64,000 nucleotides of DNA, from contig CAZHDO010000001.1 in the NCBI GenBank assembly GCA_964531375.1, positions 2,282-66,281 on the forward strand, given 5' to 3'. The notes under the pieces are model-generated. The model had not been told where the DNA came from, ran no database searches, and was given only the letters and a program-made list of their open reading frames with translations. Made by a program: the position numbers and the translations under genes. Below, piece after piece: positions 20,359 through 29,452 of this stretch (positions are counted from its first letter, which is position 1; each line of letters opens with the position of its first letter). The DNA is from an uncultured Candidatus Saccharibacteria bacterium. GTDB taxonomy: Bacteria; Patescibacteriota; Minisyncoccia; Phycocordibacterales; UBA12445.

Positions 20359-21108
20359 CTATTTTTTAATAAACCAAAAACAACCACATCCATAGTTTTG
20401 TTTATCGACCAATTCTTTGCTCGCATTTTTAATTATTCCAGTTTTTTTAGCGTCGTCTGGAATTAAAGAAAATTCTTTTAATTCAAATCCGTTAAAATAA
20501 GATAATATTTGTTCGTAAGAATAAATTCTGTGCGCGTTGAACATTAGTTTTGATTTACCAACGGGGACCACAAAAATAATATTTCCATTTTTTCTTACGA
20601 CTCTTTTTAATTCCTCTATTGCTTTTATATCTCCACTTGGATCCATTTGGTCGCCGTACCTTCCAAGTCCTATGTGCTCAATAGTATGCATACAAGATAT
20701 TGACTCAACACTATTGTCAGTAAAGGGGAGGAAAGTTAAATCTCCCTTGCCTGTATGATAGTTATCTAGTTTTATGTTTGCAGGTCTATAGTCATAGAAT
20801 TCGGTGGGTATAAAGGCCGATATGAGTGTCGAGAAACATAAAATAGATGAAATGTCTATGTGCTTTTTGGGTTTTATTTCAGCAATTACTCTTGCTGCCC
20901 ATGCGGGATGGTAAATGTAATGAGTGTCAAAAGAAGTGGAGGTGGTTTTGTCCTCTAATTCTGGTTGAATGTTTTTCCACTCCAGCGGAAACCTACTGTT
21001 GTTTTTTTCTTTAAAATTATCATAATCCAACAAAAAAAGAATATAGGAATATATTTTTTTAAATGGTTTTTTTATAAAAGCTGGAACTAGTTTTTTAATA
21101 TCGTCCAT
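20359..21108 (-). CDS. DUF268-type methyltransferase-like protein
   Basis: HYIYHPAWAAR, HTIEHIGLGRYGD, FNAHRIY. Confidence 0.8.
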   Translation of the reverse strand: MDDIKKLVPAFIKKPFKKIYSYILFLLDYDNFKEKNNSRFPLEWKNIQPELEDKTTSTSFDTHYIYHPAWAARVIAEIKPKKHIDISSILCFSTLISAFIPTEFYDYRPANIKLDNYHTGKGDLTFLPFTDNSVESISCMHTIEHIGLGRYGDQMDPSGDIKAIEELKRVVRKNGNIIFVVPVGKSKLMFNAHRIYSYEQILSYFNGFELKEFSLIPDDAKKTGIIKNASKELVDKQNYGCGCFWFIKK

Positions 21109-21115
21109 ATGGTGC

Positions 21116-22051
21116 TTATTTGAAAAAATTTTTTAAAGACTTCAGATATTTTTTATATTTTGGTTCAATTATGTCTTTTGTATCTTTCTTTGCTTGGTAG
21201 TTTATTAATGTCCCATTAATACCTATCTTATTATTCTTTAGTCTAATGGGTTTTTTTTCTAAATTTTCAAACCAAGAATATCTGTGTTTGCTGCTCATTA
21301 TGTATTCTATATCAGAATCATTTATTTGTGGTAAAAATTTAATTAGGACAGAAAGTCCGACTAGCGACGCCTTTACTTTATTCTCTTCTCTAATGAAGGT
21401 TGAATCATAGCCGTATCTGTGGTAATAAAAACTATCTTCAAGGATTATTATTTTAAAACCAGCACCCAATTGCTTTATTCCAAATGCCCATGAGTCATAA
21501 GCACCACCCAATGTTTCTTCGTACCTCCCAGAAATTTTCCAGCTCTTTTTTGTAAATAAATAGTTTCCACTTGGTCCAGGCCAGTAATATCCTGTCAGCG
21601 CATCCTGTAGTTCTACTTGGTTTTTTTTAAATATCCATTTGTGGTTTATTTCTTTTTTATCTTTTTTAAAATAACGCAATTCTCCAAAAGCCCCTACCTC
21701 AGCCTTGTTTTTCAGCATATGGCTCTTTAGGGGGTATATCGAGTTTGGTGCCAAGATATTGTCAGCATCTAAACAGAAAATAAGTTCATTTTTTGAAAAA
21801 TCTATCCCTGTATTTCTTCCGGCCGCAGCAGAACCTTTGTTTATGTTATGAGATACTGTTTTAATTTCTGGATATTTTTTTTGTAAGCTTTTGATTGTTT
21901 CTAAGGTTTTATCAGTGGATGCGTCGTCTATAATTATCAATTCGTCACCTTGTTCAAAATTATCTTTAAAAATTGATTCGACAGATTCGACTATTGTGTC
22001 TGCGCAATTATAGGCGGGCATAATAAAGCTAATATTTTGATTATCATTCAT
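21116..22051 (-). CDS. Glycosyltransferase family 2
   Basis: ISFIMPAYN, DDASTD, CLDADN; ATG at 22051 chosen. Confidence 0.9.
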   Translation of the reverse strand: MNDNQNISFIMPAYNCADTIVESVESIFKDNFEQGDELIIIDDASTDKTLETIKSLQKKYPEIKTVSHNINKGSAAAGRNTGIDFSKNELIFCLDADNILAPNSIYPLKSHMLKNKAEVGAFGELRYFKKDKKEINHKWIFKKNQVELQDALTGYYWPGPSGNYLFTKKSWKISGRYEETLGGAYDSWAFGIKQLGAGFKIIILEDSFYYHRYGYDSTFIREENKVKASLVGLSVLIKFLPQINDSDIEYIMSSKHRYSWFENLEKKPIRLKNNKIGINGTLINYQAKKDTKDIIEPKYKKYLKSLKNFFK

Positions 22052-22964
22052 TTTTTTTAAAGATAGCAATGATTGTGTGCCCCGGTATATATTCGGAAAC
22101 CGAAGACACACCAAGATTTGTTAATCTTACGAATATTTTTTTAATAAAAGACAGGATGGGGATATGTTTTTGTTTCATTTTCTCAATTATTTTCTTTTCA
22201 ATTATTTTTTCTGTAAATCCGAGGTGTTCTCTTTGGGTTGGTTCTAGAAAAATATTCCTTAATTTTATATTAAATGAATCCTGGAGTTTGATTAAAGAAT
22301 TAATATTCCACAGTCCCATGTGGTGGGGGGGCATATTTAAACAAAGGTTATTTTGTTTAAATATAAAGCTGTCGTTGTTTGGTACGCTTATTATCATTAA
22401 TCCACCAGGCTTTAATATTTTTAACGATGATTCTAGAAAAGATTTAACGTTGTTTATATGTTCTAATACTTGAAAAGAACAAACAACATTATAAAATAAG
22501 GGTTTTTTTTGAGAAAACTCTTCAATTGAATCCAGATAAACCGAAAGATTTTTTTCCTTACATTTTTTAACAGCGTTGGAATTTAGTTCCAACCCCTCAA
22601 TATTTGCTCCCTTTATTTTTATTTTTTCAATAAATTTTCCAGCCCCACATCCGATTTCCAACACACTATCGTTTTCTTTTATTATTTTTTCGACTACAGA
22701 ATATTCCCATTTCCAGTCTGAATAATACCAAGGTAGTTTTTCTAGCTCTTGATAAAAAAAATCATCACCAGATAAATTAAAAGGATAATAAAATTCATAA
22801 CCACATTGCACGCACCTAAAAAGTTGAATTTTATTGTTTTTAATTGTAGGAAAAACTATATCATTTTTTAGTTGTTGTTTGTATAGGTCGACAACAACAG
22901 AAGGGTCTATTTCTTTTATTAAAATGGTGTTATTTGTTTTATCGACAGGGCAAACGATTTCCAT
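22044..22964 (-). CDS. Class I SAM methyltransferase
   Basis: VLEIGCGAG, FQVLEHI, ISVPN, PPHH. Confidence 0.9.
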   Translation of the reverse strand: MEIVCPVDKTNNTILIKEIDPSVVVDLYKQQLKNDIVFPTIKNNKIQLFRCVQCGYEFYYPFNLSGDDFFYQELEKLPWYYSDWKWEYSVVEKIIKENDSVLEIGCGAGKFIEKIKIKGANIEGLELNSNAVKKCKEKNLSVYLDSIEEFSQKKPLFYNVVCSFQVLEHINNVKSFLESSLKILKPGGLMIISVPNNDSFIFKQNNLCLNMPPHHMGLWNINSLIKLQDSFNIKLRNIFLEPTQREHLGFTEKIIEKKIIEKMKQKHIPILSFIKKIFVRLTNLGVSSVSEYIPGHTIIAIFKKNE

Positions 22965-22965
22965 A

Positions 22966-24471
22966 TTAATTTTTTATTATATAACAAATATCATTTTCTG
23001 TTCTGATTCTATCTGGGATTTTATTTTGTGATAAAAAGTCATGTACTGCTTTTGTGCAACCATCCCAAGTATAATAGTCATCGATAATAATCACTCCACC
23101 CTTGGCAACGTTTTTATATAGATTATTTAAGCAAACCATTGTTGAATCATACCAATCAGAATCAAGTCGAAGTACTGCAATTCTTTGAGCTGGTATAAAG
23201 GGGGGGAGTGTTTCGTTAAACCATCCTTTTATTATTTGGTAATCTTTGACCTTGCTTTTTTTCATAGCATCTTCAGCATATTTAATTTCAGCAGAGCAGT
23301 TGTCAAAATATATTGGTGATTTTGTGTCTTTTTGCCAATTAATAGCCGATTCCCCGTCAATTTCTCTTGCTTTTGGTAGTCCTTCAAAACTATCAAATAA
23401 GTAGTATTTTCTGTCTCCATTAAGAACGTCTGCCACCGCCGCAATCATTCCACCTCTCCAAACACCGCATTCAACCACACATCCGTCTATGTGTGAAAAT
23501 CTATTTATTAAACCAAGATTATTACAAAAAATTTTCTTTGGAATCATTGTAAAATCGCGATATTTTTCAAATATCGAATTTTGTCTAGACTCCAAGTTTA
23601 TTTTTTTGATTTTTCTAATTAGTAGTTTAAATGGGTATTTTATAAAAGAGGGGGTAACTCTTTTTATTTTTTTAATAAAAAGGTTTTTGATACTTCCATT
23701 GAAGTGGTCTTGATAAGTAAATAAGTCCGCTAGGTAATTTCGCATTGTAATTTTAGGGTGTGTGAGCGGAAGGGTTATTTCTTCGGATTGTAGATTTGCG
23801 TATTTTGCGGGTTTTTTTGTGTGGGTTGCCTCATTATTAAATCCAATATTTGAAACTAAATTTACATTTGGTAAAATCGCTAATCCCTTGTGTTTGTGTA
23901 CCGATAAATTCCACTGGGCATCCCATATGTGTTTTCTCATTTCGGAATTAAGGAGTTCAAAATCATTATATTTCCATGCCCTTCGCCATGTTGCCCAGCC
24001 CCAATTGTGGGTATATTCAGAAAAATAATATGACCCCCAGCCTCTTTTTCTTCCATATTGGAAATTATCTCCACTAATATGCATTATTTTTTCATTACCC
24101 TTGTATTTAGATAAAAGTTCTTGGCAGAAGTAAAAAAAGGATTGATTTGGAACACAGTCATCTTCCAAAATTATGCCTGCCTCAACGTTATCGAAAAACC
24201 AGTTGATTGCGGTTACTGGACCAAGTCCACAACCCAGATTCTTCTCTTGAAAAAGTTTTTTAACCTCACAATCCCAGTCTATTTTTTCAGTAATCTTTCT
24301 GGATTCTATGCATTTTTCTTTCTCGTTTATCGTATTTTCTCTATAGCCATCTTGGGCTATAAATAATTTCTTTGGTTTTATTTTCCTTATCTCTTCGAAT
24401 ACAACTTTTGTTGTATCTGGGCGGTTAAATATTATAAATAGTATAGGGGTATTAAAGTCTGCTTTTTTCAT
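22966..24471 (-). CDS. Fusion: GT-A nucleotide-diphospho-sugar transferase plus TylF/MycF-family O-methyltransferase
   Basis: N-terminal FNRPD, IILEDDC, WGWATWRRAW; C-terminal VECGVWRGG, FDSFEGLP, LRLDSDWY, IIDDY. Confidence 0.88.
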   Translation of the reverse strand: MKKADFNTPILFIIFNRPDTTKVVFEEIRKIKPKKLFIAQDGYRENTINEKEKCIESRKITEKIDWDCEVKKLFQEKNLGCGLGPVTAINWFFDNVEAGIILEDDCVPNQSFFYFCQELLSKYKGNEKIMHISGDNFQYGRKRGWGSYYFSEYTHNWGWATWRRAWKYNDFELLNSEMRKHIWDAQWNLSVHKHKGLAILPNVNLVSNIGFNNEATHTKKPAKYANLQSEEITLPLTHPKITMRNYLADLFTYQDHFNGSIKNLFIKKIKRVTPSFIKYPFKLLIRKIKKINLESRQNSIFEKYRDFTMIPKKIFCNNLGLINRFSHIDGCVVECGVWRGGMIAAVADVLNGDRKYYLFDSFEGLPKAREIDGESAINWQKDTKSPIYFDNCSAEIKYAEDAMKKSKVKDYQIIKGWFNETLPPFIPAQRIAVLRLDSDWYDSTMVCLNNLYKNVAKGGVIIIDDYYTWDGCTKAVHDFLSQNKIPDRIRTENDICYIIKN

Positions 24472-24480
24472 TTTTATAAA

Positions 24481-25173
24481 TTATTTAATTAAATCAGCAA
24501 AAATATTACCTTCTTCTGTTCGGTCTTTTCCTGGTCTGTATTCCTTTGGTATTTCTTTTGACAGGCTTTTGTTTCTGCTATTAAAGATAATGTTACTATA
24601 TCCTATCATTTTTGCGATTTCATTTAAATAATTTGGGGTTAGTAGGTTTTTATGTATGTGCTTATCCCATTCTTCGACATAGACACCTTCTTTTCCTTTA
24701 TTAAAATTAGAATTTTTTCGCATCGAATATAGAAGATTTGGTGTATTTATTCTATGTATTGAATTACGTTTTAGAACCCTAAAGGTCTCTGATAGAAAAA
24801 TAATTTGTTCTTTTTGGTCTAGATGCTCTATAAAATCCTCATGGAAAATAACGTCAATTGAATTATCGCTAAAAGGTAACCCTGTTTTCAAAATATTGAC
24901 GCCAAAGAAGTCATCTATATTACCTCTTATTGTTTCTGGGTAGTATACGTCAGTATATGATTCAAGATATTTTTCGAAAGGTTCAAAAGAAAGATCTATG
25001 TTTACCCAGCCCTTGATTATTCTAGGACCACAGCCAAAATGTAATTTTATATTTTTTTTATTTTCGCAAAATTTTGAAAGTTTTTTATGCTCTTTAAGTC
25101 TATAAAAATCATCAATTTCTTTGATTTTTTTTTGATGTTCATTATTTATTTTTCTCAGTATTCTTTCGAACAT
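24481..25173 (-). CDS. SAM-dependent methyltransferase
   Basis: LHFGCGP, EDFIEHL, RINTPN. Confidence 0.83.
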   Translation of the reverse strand: MFERILRKINNEHQKKIKEIDDFYRLKEHKKLSKFCENKKNIKLHFGCGPRIIKGWVNIDLSFEPFEKYLESYTDVYYPETIRGNIDDFFGVNILKTGLPFSDNSIDVIFHEDFIEHLDQKEQIIFLSETFRVLKRNSIHRINTPNLLYSMRKNSNFNKGKEGVYVEEWDKHIHKNLLTPNYLNEIAKMIGYSNIIFNSRNKSLSKEIPKEYRPGKDRTEEGNIFADLIK

Positions 25174-25180
25174 TTTTTCT

Positions 25181-26005
25181 TTAGTTTATGCTTATAAATT
25201 TTTTATTTATAGCTATTATGTTTTGGTATATAAAAATCTCATTTTTTGAATTATATTCACCAAGAGGGAGGAGGGAGTTTTTCTTTAAGCGATAAAATTC
25301 AAAATTATTTAGTAAATTATAAAAATCTTTCAAGAAAACACGACCTGAGATGTTTGGTTCGTTAAATTCAAATTGTATTACTTTAATTTTATTTTTTTTA
25401 AGTAACTCCTTGGCCCCTTTTAAGACTTGCAATTCAAGACCTTCAACGTCTATTTTAACGAAATCTATCTCATCAATTTTATTTTTCGAGCAATAATTAT
25501 CTATGGTGTCAGAATAAAAGTTAATTTCTTCAATTTCATCCGGAATGTTGTAATTTTTTAAAATTTCTCGATTTGTTGTTCCTAGCTGTGTTCCTGGAAG
25601 GTTTTTGTAAGAATAAAGGGTTTTTTCCGGGGTTAATATCTCGCCCATTCCTTTATTTTCACAAAAGATATTTTTTTCCTTAGATGTTTTTTTTAAAATT
25701 TCATAAGCTCTTGGATTTGGTTCAAAAGAAAAGATGTCGGCCTTTTTGTAGTACGCTCTTAATAAATGGCTGTATTCTCCAACGTTGGCACCAATATCAA
25801 AGAATATGGTTTTTTTTTCTTGGGATAGGTATTTAGACAAACCATCTTTAATAAGATATTTCTCACCAGTTTTTTCTGCGTCCCCGAAGTCTCCAATGCC
25901 GATTTCAGAATGGGCAAATCGCAGGATATCTAGGTTGATTAACGATATTAGAGATTTAATCAATTTTATTGTTAGGTTTCTAATTCTGGATTTTATCTCT
26001 TTCAT
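25181..26005 (-). CDS. FkbM-family methyltransferase
   Basis: FDIGANVG, FSFEPN, VKIDVEGLE. Confidence 0.92.
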   Translation of the reverse strand: MKEIKSRIRNLTIKLIKSLISLINLDILRFAHSEIGIGDFGDAEKTGEKYLIKDGLSKYLSQEKKTIFFDIGANVGEYSHLLRAYYKKADIFSFEPNPRAYEILKKTSKEKNIFCENKGMGEILTPEKTLYSYKNLPGTQLGTTNREILKNYNIPDEIEEINFYSDTIDNYCSKNKIDEIDFVKIDVEGLELQVLKGAKELLKKNKIKVIQFEFNEPNISGRVFLKDFYNLLNNFEFYRLKKNSLLPLGEYNSKNEIFIYQNIIAINKKFISIN

Positions 26006-26006
26006 G

Positions 26007-27275
26007 TTATTTTGTTTTAATTGTTTTGTAATTCAAAATTGATGATAGTTTGCCCATTTTTTTCCATCTGTAATCGAGCCTATAATTATTTGCGTCTGTT
26101 ATTTCAAAACTAAGATTTTTTTTAAGGTCAACATATTCTACAAAAGGCTTTTGCAGGGAGACTTCAATATAGTATTGATTTATATTTAAGAGGTTTTTGG
26201 GTACTTCTATCGTTGTTTTATAAACTCCTGGCTGGTAATCTTTAAGACAAGGAGAACCGTCTGTTTCAGAAGAATGCAGTATTAATTCCCCGGAAACTCC
26301 ATAGAATAGTACACAAATTAATGCTTTAGGTAATGGTTCTTTAATTAAATATTCAATTTCTATCGAAAAATTTTCATCAACAGGAATAAAGTTACTTGGG
26401 TCATTGTTCTTGTTTAGAAAAGAAATTTTTGTTATTTGATGTTTTTTACTGGGATCTTCTTCATAAGAGCTAACTGATTCGCTTTTATTGCTGGATAGAT
26501 TGATATAGTCCTGGATTGCTTCAGATGTTTCTTTAAAGCTTTTAATTTGACCTTTTTCTAAAACAATACATTTTTGGCAGAGGTTTTGAATTGCACTTAT
26601 GTTGTGACTAACAAAGAGAACCGTTCGTCCTCCTTCTTTTGATATCTCTCCCATTTTTCCGAGACATTTTTTTTGAAATTCAGCATCACCAACTGCAAGT
26701 ACCTCGTCTATTATAAGAATGTCTGGTTCCATGTGTGCTGCCACAGAGAAGGCGAGGCGGACATACATCCCCGACGAGTAGTATTTAACAGGTGTGTCTA
26801 GGAATTTTTCAATCCCAGCGAACTCTACGATTGTGTCAAATTTTTCACCAATTTCTTTTTGTGACATACCGAGAATAGCTCCATTTAAGAAAATATTCTC
26901 TCTTCCTGAGAGTTCTGGATGAAATCCTGTGCCAACCTCAAGAAGTGAACCGACTTTTCCATGAAGTTTTATTTCACCATGCGTTGGCGGTGTTATTTGA
27001 GATAAAATTTTTAGTAAGGTTGATTTTCCGGCACCATTTCTTCCAATTATTCCAATTACTTCACCTTTTTTAACCTCAAAACTCACGTCTTTAAGTGCCC
27101 AAAATTCTTCCTTGGTTTCCATGCCAGCCACCTGTTTGGCTTTCTTTTTTAGAAAAGCAAAAGGGGAGGTTATTGCATTTGTAAGAATATCTCGTAGTGC
27201 AATATAATTACCTCTTTGGTGTGTAATGTTATATCTCTTGCTTATGTTTTTTACTTCAATAATTGGATGGTCCAT
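26007..27275 (-). CDS. wzt: Polysaccharide ABC exporter ATP-binding subunit with C-terminal carbohydrate-binding domain
   Basis: GRNGAGKST, YSSGMYVRLAF, IIDEVLAVGD plus a long C-terminal extension; ATG at 27275 chosen. Confidence 0.93.
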   Translation of the reverse strand: MDHPIIEVKNISKRYNITHQRGNYIALRDILTNAITSPFAFLKKKAKQVAGMETKEEFWALKDVSFEVKKGEVIGIIGRNGAGKSTLLKILSQITPPTHGEIKLHGKVGSLLEVGTGFHPELSGRENIFLNGAILGMSQKEIGEKFDTIVEFAGIEKFLDTPVKYYSSGMYVRLAFSVAAHMEPDILIIDEVLAVGDAEFQKKCLGKMGEISKEGGRTVLFVSHNISAIQNLCQKCIVLEKGQIKSFKETSEAIQDYINLSSNKSESVSSYEEDPSKKHQITKISFLNKNNDPSNFIPVDENFSIEIEYLIKEPLPKALICVLFYGVSGELILHSSETDGSPCLKDYQPGVYKTTIEVPKNLLNINQYYIEVSLQKPFVEYVDLKKNLSFEITDANNYRLDYRWKKMGKLSSILNYKTIKTK

Positions 27276-27356
27276 TTTTTTATTAATATTATTCTCTTTT
27301 GATTCTTTGTGCACTTGATATTTTTATCTATTTTTTGCTATTCTATATGCATAAGT

Positions 27357-27385
27357 GCCTTCGGGCTTGCCCTGCGAAAGCAGGG
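27357..27385 (-). ncRNA. Tandem GC-rich hairpins 3' of the PemK-like gene
   Basis: Minus strand CCCUGC-UUUC-GCAGGG-CAA-GCC-CGAA-GGC, with no U-tract. Confidence 0.45.
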
Positions 27386-27402
27386 AGAAAAGTGAAAGGT
27401 CG

Positions 27403-27615
27403 TCAAAGTATATCTTTGACGGCTTTTCTTATTCTTTCGAAAATTTCCATATCTATAAAACTTATTTTATTAGCAAAACGCTTAATATCAATGACTCGCA
27501 TTTGCGAAATAATAGCGGAGGCTTCTTTGCCTTCTATTGCATGGTATAGCTTTTCGCTATCCATATCATGAATTTCTATCTTTTTTTTATTCCATTTATC
27601 GAATTCTTTTTTCAT
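27403..27615 (-). pseudogene. PemK/MazF-like toxin remnant with apparent in-frame internal deletion
   Basis: N-terminal MKKEFDKWNKKK...KLYH joined directly to C-terminal SAIISQMRVIDIKRF; the central RPxxxx core is absent (family assignment from memory). Confidence 0.6.
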
Positions 27616-27668
27616 TTTTGTTTGACTTTTATTTTTTGGTTTGATATTATTATTAGGTATCCAAAATA

Positions 27669-27711
27669 GAAAAGAGTGCCCTGTAAGGTTCCGTCCTTAT
27701 GGGGTCTTTTC
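27669..27711 (-). ncRNA. Structured RNA overlapping the NYN stop codon
   Basis: GAAAAGA-CCCC-A-UAAGG-ACGGAA-CCUUA-CA-GGG-CAC-UCUUUUC; the stop codon UAA lies in the upper stem. Confidence 0.5.
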
Positions 27712-28203
27712 TTTTTTATACTCTAGAATTTCTTTTGAATTGTTTAAAAATCTGAGGTAGCTTTTTAGTATGTCAACTTTAAACAATGCTGAAAATTGTG
27801 ATTTATTCGGTATCGTTATAAAACCTAATTTATTTTTTTTGAGTAGATATTCAACTAAACAATAAAAGTCCCCATCTCCTGTTACAATGACCGCTTTGTC
27901 AAAATTATTAAATTGAATCATTGTATGCAGTACTAATTCCGCATCGCAGTTGCCTTTTGTGGTTCCATCTTGGTGTCCTAACGTTGGTTTAAAGATACAT
28001 TTATAACCTGTGCGATTAAGAAAATCGTACATTTTTTTATTACTTTCGACATAGCCAATAAATAGATAGGCCTCTTTTATTCCATATTTTTCTTTCAAAT
28101 AAATACGGAAACGCGCAAAATCTAAAATCCAACCCTGACTGCGTATGTTTAGGTTAAGGTTTTGACTATCTATAAAAGCGTAATTTTTTTCTTCTTTTCT
28201 CAT
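27697..28203 (-). CDS. NYN-domain putative ribonuclease
   Basis: FIDSQN, KGNCDAEL, TGDGDF. Confidence 0.88.
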   Translation of the reverse strand: MRKEEKNYAFIDSQNLNLNIRSQGWILDFARFRIYLKEKYGIKEAYLFIGYVESNKKMYDFLNRTGYKCIFKPTLGHQDGTTKGNCDAELVLHTMIQFNNFDKAVIVTGDGDFYCLVEYLLKKNKLGFITIPNKSQFSALFKVDILKSYLRFLNNSKEILEYKKEKTP

Positions 28204-28221
28204 TTTATTACCTTTCTCTTG

Positions 28222-29040
28222 TTATATTACATCTGCGAAATACCTCTCTGTTTTTTTGAAAGAATATGTTCCAAAGGCGAGTAGCGCGAGACAAGCGATA
28301 AGGGAAATAAAGATAAGATTCCAGTTAATTACAGCTGTATTCAATATAGCAGCTCTCGCGTTTTGAATTACCCCTGTCATTGGGTTTATGGCTAAAAGCC
28401 AGGAATATTCTCCCGCTATACTTGCAGGATAGATTACGGGAGTAAGATACATTAACATTTGAACAAAGAACGGTAGAATATATCTAAGGTCTCTGTATTT
28501 CACATTTATTGAAGCTAGAAAAAGTCCTAAGCCGACTGAAGCCATAAAGGTTATCAATAGAAGAAGTGGTATTATTAATACTCCAATTAAATTAGGCATA
28601 AAACCGTAATATATCATTAGAACTCCAAGAACAAGAAAGGCAATAGAAAAATCTACTATTTTTGTTAGAACAGAAGAGATAGGGAGGATCAGACGAGGAA
28701 AGTAAACTTTTGTTATAATAGCTTGGTTTGATATTAGACAATTGCTTGTGTCGCCGAGCGCGCTAGAAAAGAAATTCCAAAATAAAAGTCCTGTGTATAT
28801 AAAAATTGGGTAGGGAACATTATCAGATGGCATTTTCGCTAGGTTTCCGAAGAATACAGTAAAGACAAACATCGTCATGAGCGGTTGAAATATGGCCCAT
28901 CCGGCTCCTACTATTGTTTGCTTGTATCTAACCTTAAGGTCTCTCCATGTAAAAAAGTACATTAATTCTTTGTAGGCCCAAAGTTCGCGGATATCATTCC
29001 AGCTAAACATTTTTTTGGGCTTTATAATTGTTGTTGCCAT
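28222..29040 (-). CDS. wzm: Polysaccharide ABC exporter permease
   Basis: RDLKVRYKQT, KVYFPR, YLTPVIYP; about 6 TM helices. Confidence 0.93.
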   Translation of the reverse strand: MATTIIKPKKMFSWNDIRELWAYKELMYFFTWRDLKVRYKQTIVGAGWAIFQPLMTMFVFTVFFGNLAKMPSDNVPYPIFIYTGLLFWNFFSSALGDTSNCLISNQAIITKVYFPRLILPISSVLTKIVDFSIAFLVLGVLMIYYGFMPNLIGVLIIPLLLLITFMASVGLGLFLASINVKYRDLRYILPFFVQMLMYLTPVIYPASIAGEYSWLLAINPMTGVIQNARAAILNTAVINWNLIFISLIACLALLAFGTYSFKKTERYFADVI

Positions 29041-29065
29041 TTTAATTATTTATTTATGTTTTATT

Positions 29066-29314
29066 CTACCACTTATTTATTTTCTTAACGACTTTTTTCT
29101 TTAATTTTAGGTAAGAGTCGACTGCTTCTTTTTCGACTGTAGGGGATACGAGTCTAAGAATTTCTTTCCCCAGTATTCTATATTGTCCACCGACTTTATT
29201 TGCTCTTATAAGTCCTTTTTTTAAAAGGCGCTTTATAGTGCTCGTACTTATCTTTAATAAGTCTTGTGTTTCTGCTGTTGTATATACGATATTTTTCTTT
29301 ATTTCTCTATCCAT
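29066..29314 (-). CDS. Excisionase/BldC-like small winged-helix (HTH_17) DNA-binding protein
   Basis: YTTAETQDLLKISTSTIKRLLKKGLIRANKVGGQYRI. Confidence 0.85.
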   Translation of the reverse strand: MDREIKKNIVYTTAETQDLLKISTSTIKRLLKKGLIRANKVGGQYRILGKEILRLVSPTVEKEAVDSYLKLKKKVVKKINKW

Positions 29315-29342
29315 AACTTGCTATCTATTGTACTACAACCAG

Positions 29343-29362
29343 AAAAGGTGTCAAAAGGTGTC
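29343..29362. repeat. Tandem 10-bp direct repeat in divergent promoter region
   Basis: aaaaggtgtc twice, bracketed by acaacc/ggttgt. Confidence 0.8.
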
Positions 29363-29452
29363 AGGTTGTTTTTGAGTTTTTGGGGAAATTTGATATAATT
29401 ACAATAAGCTTTGTAACCAAAAACAATCTGTTGCGGTTTAAATAAGAGAAGA

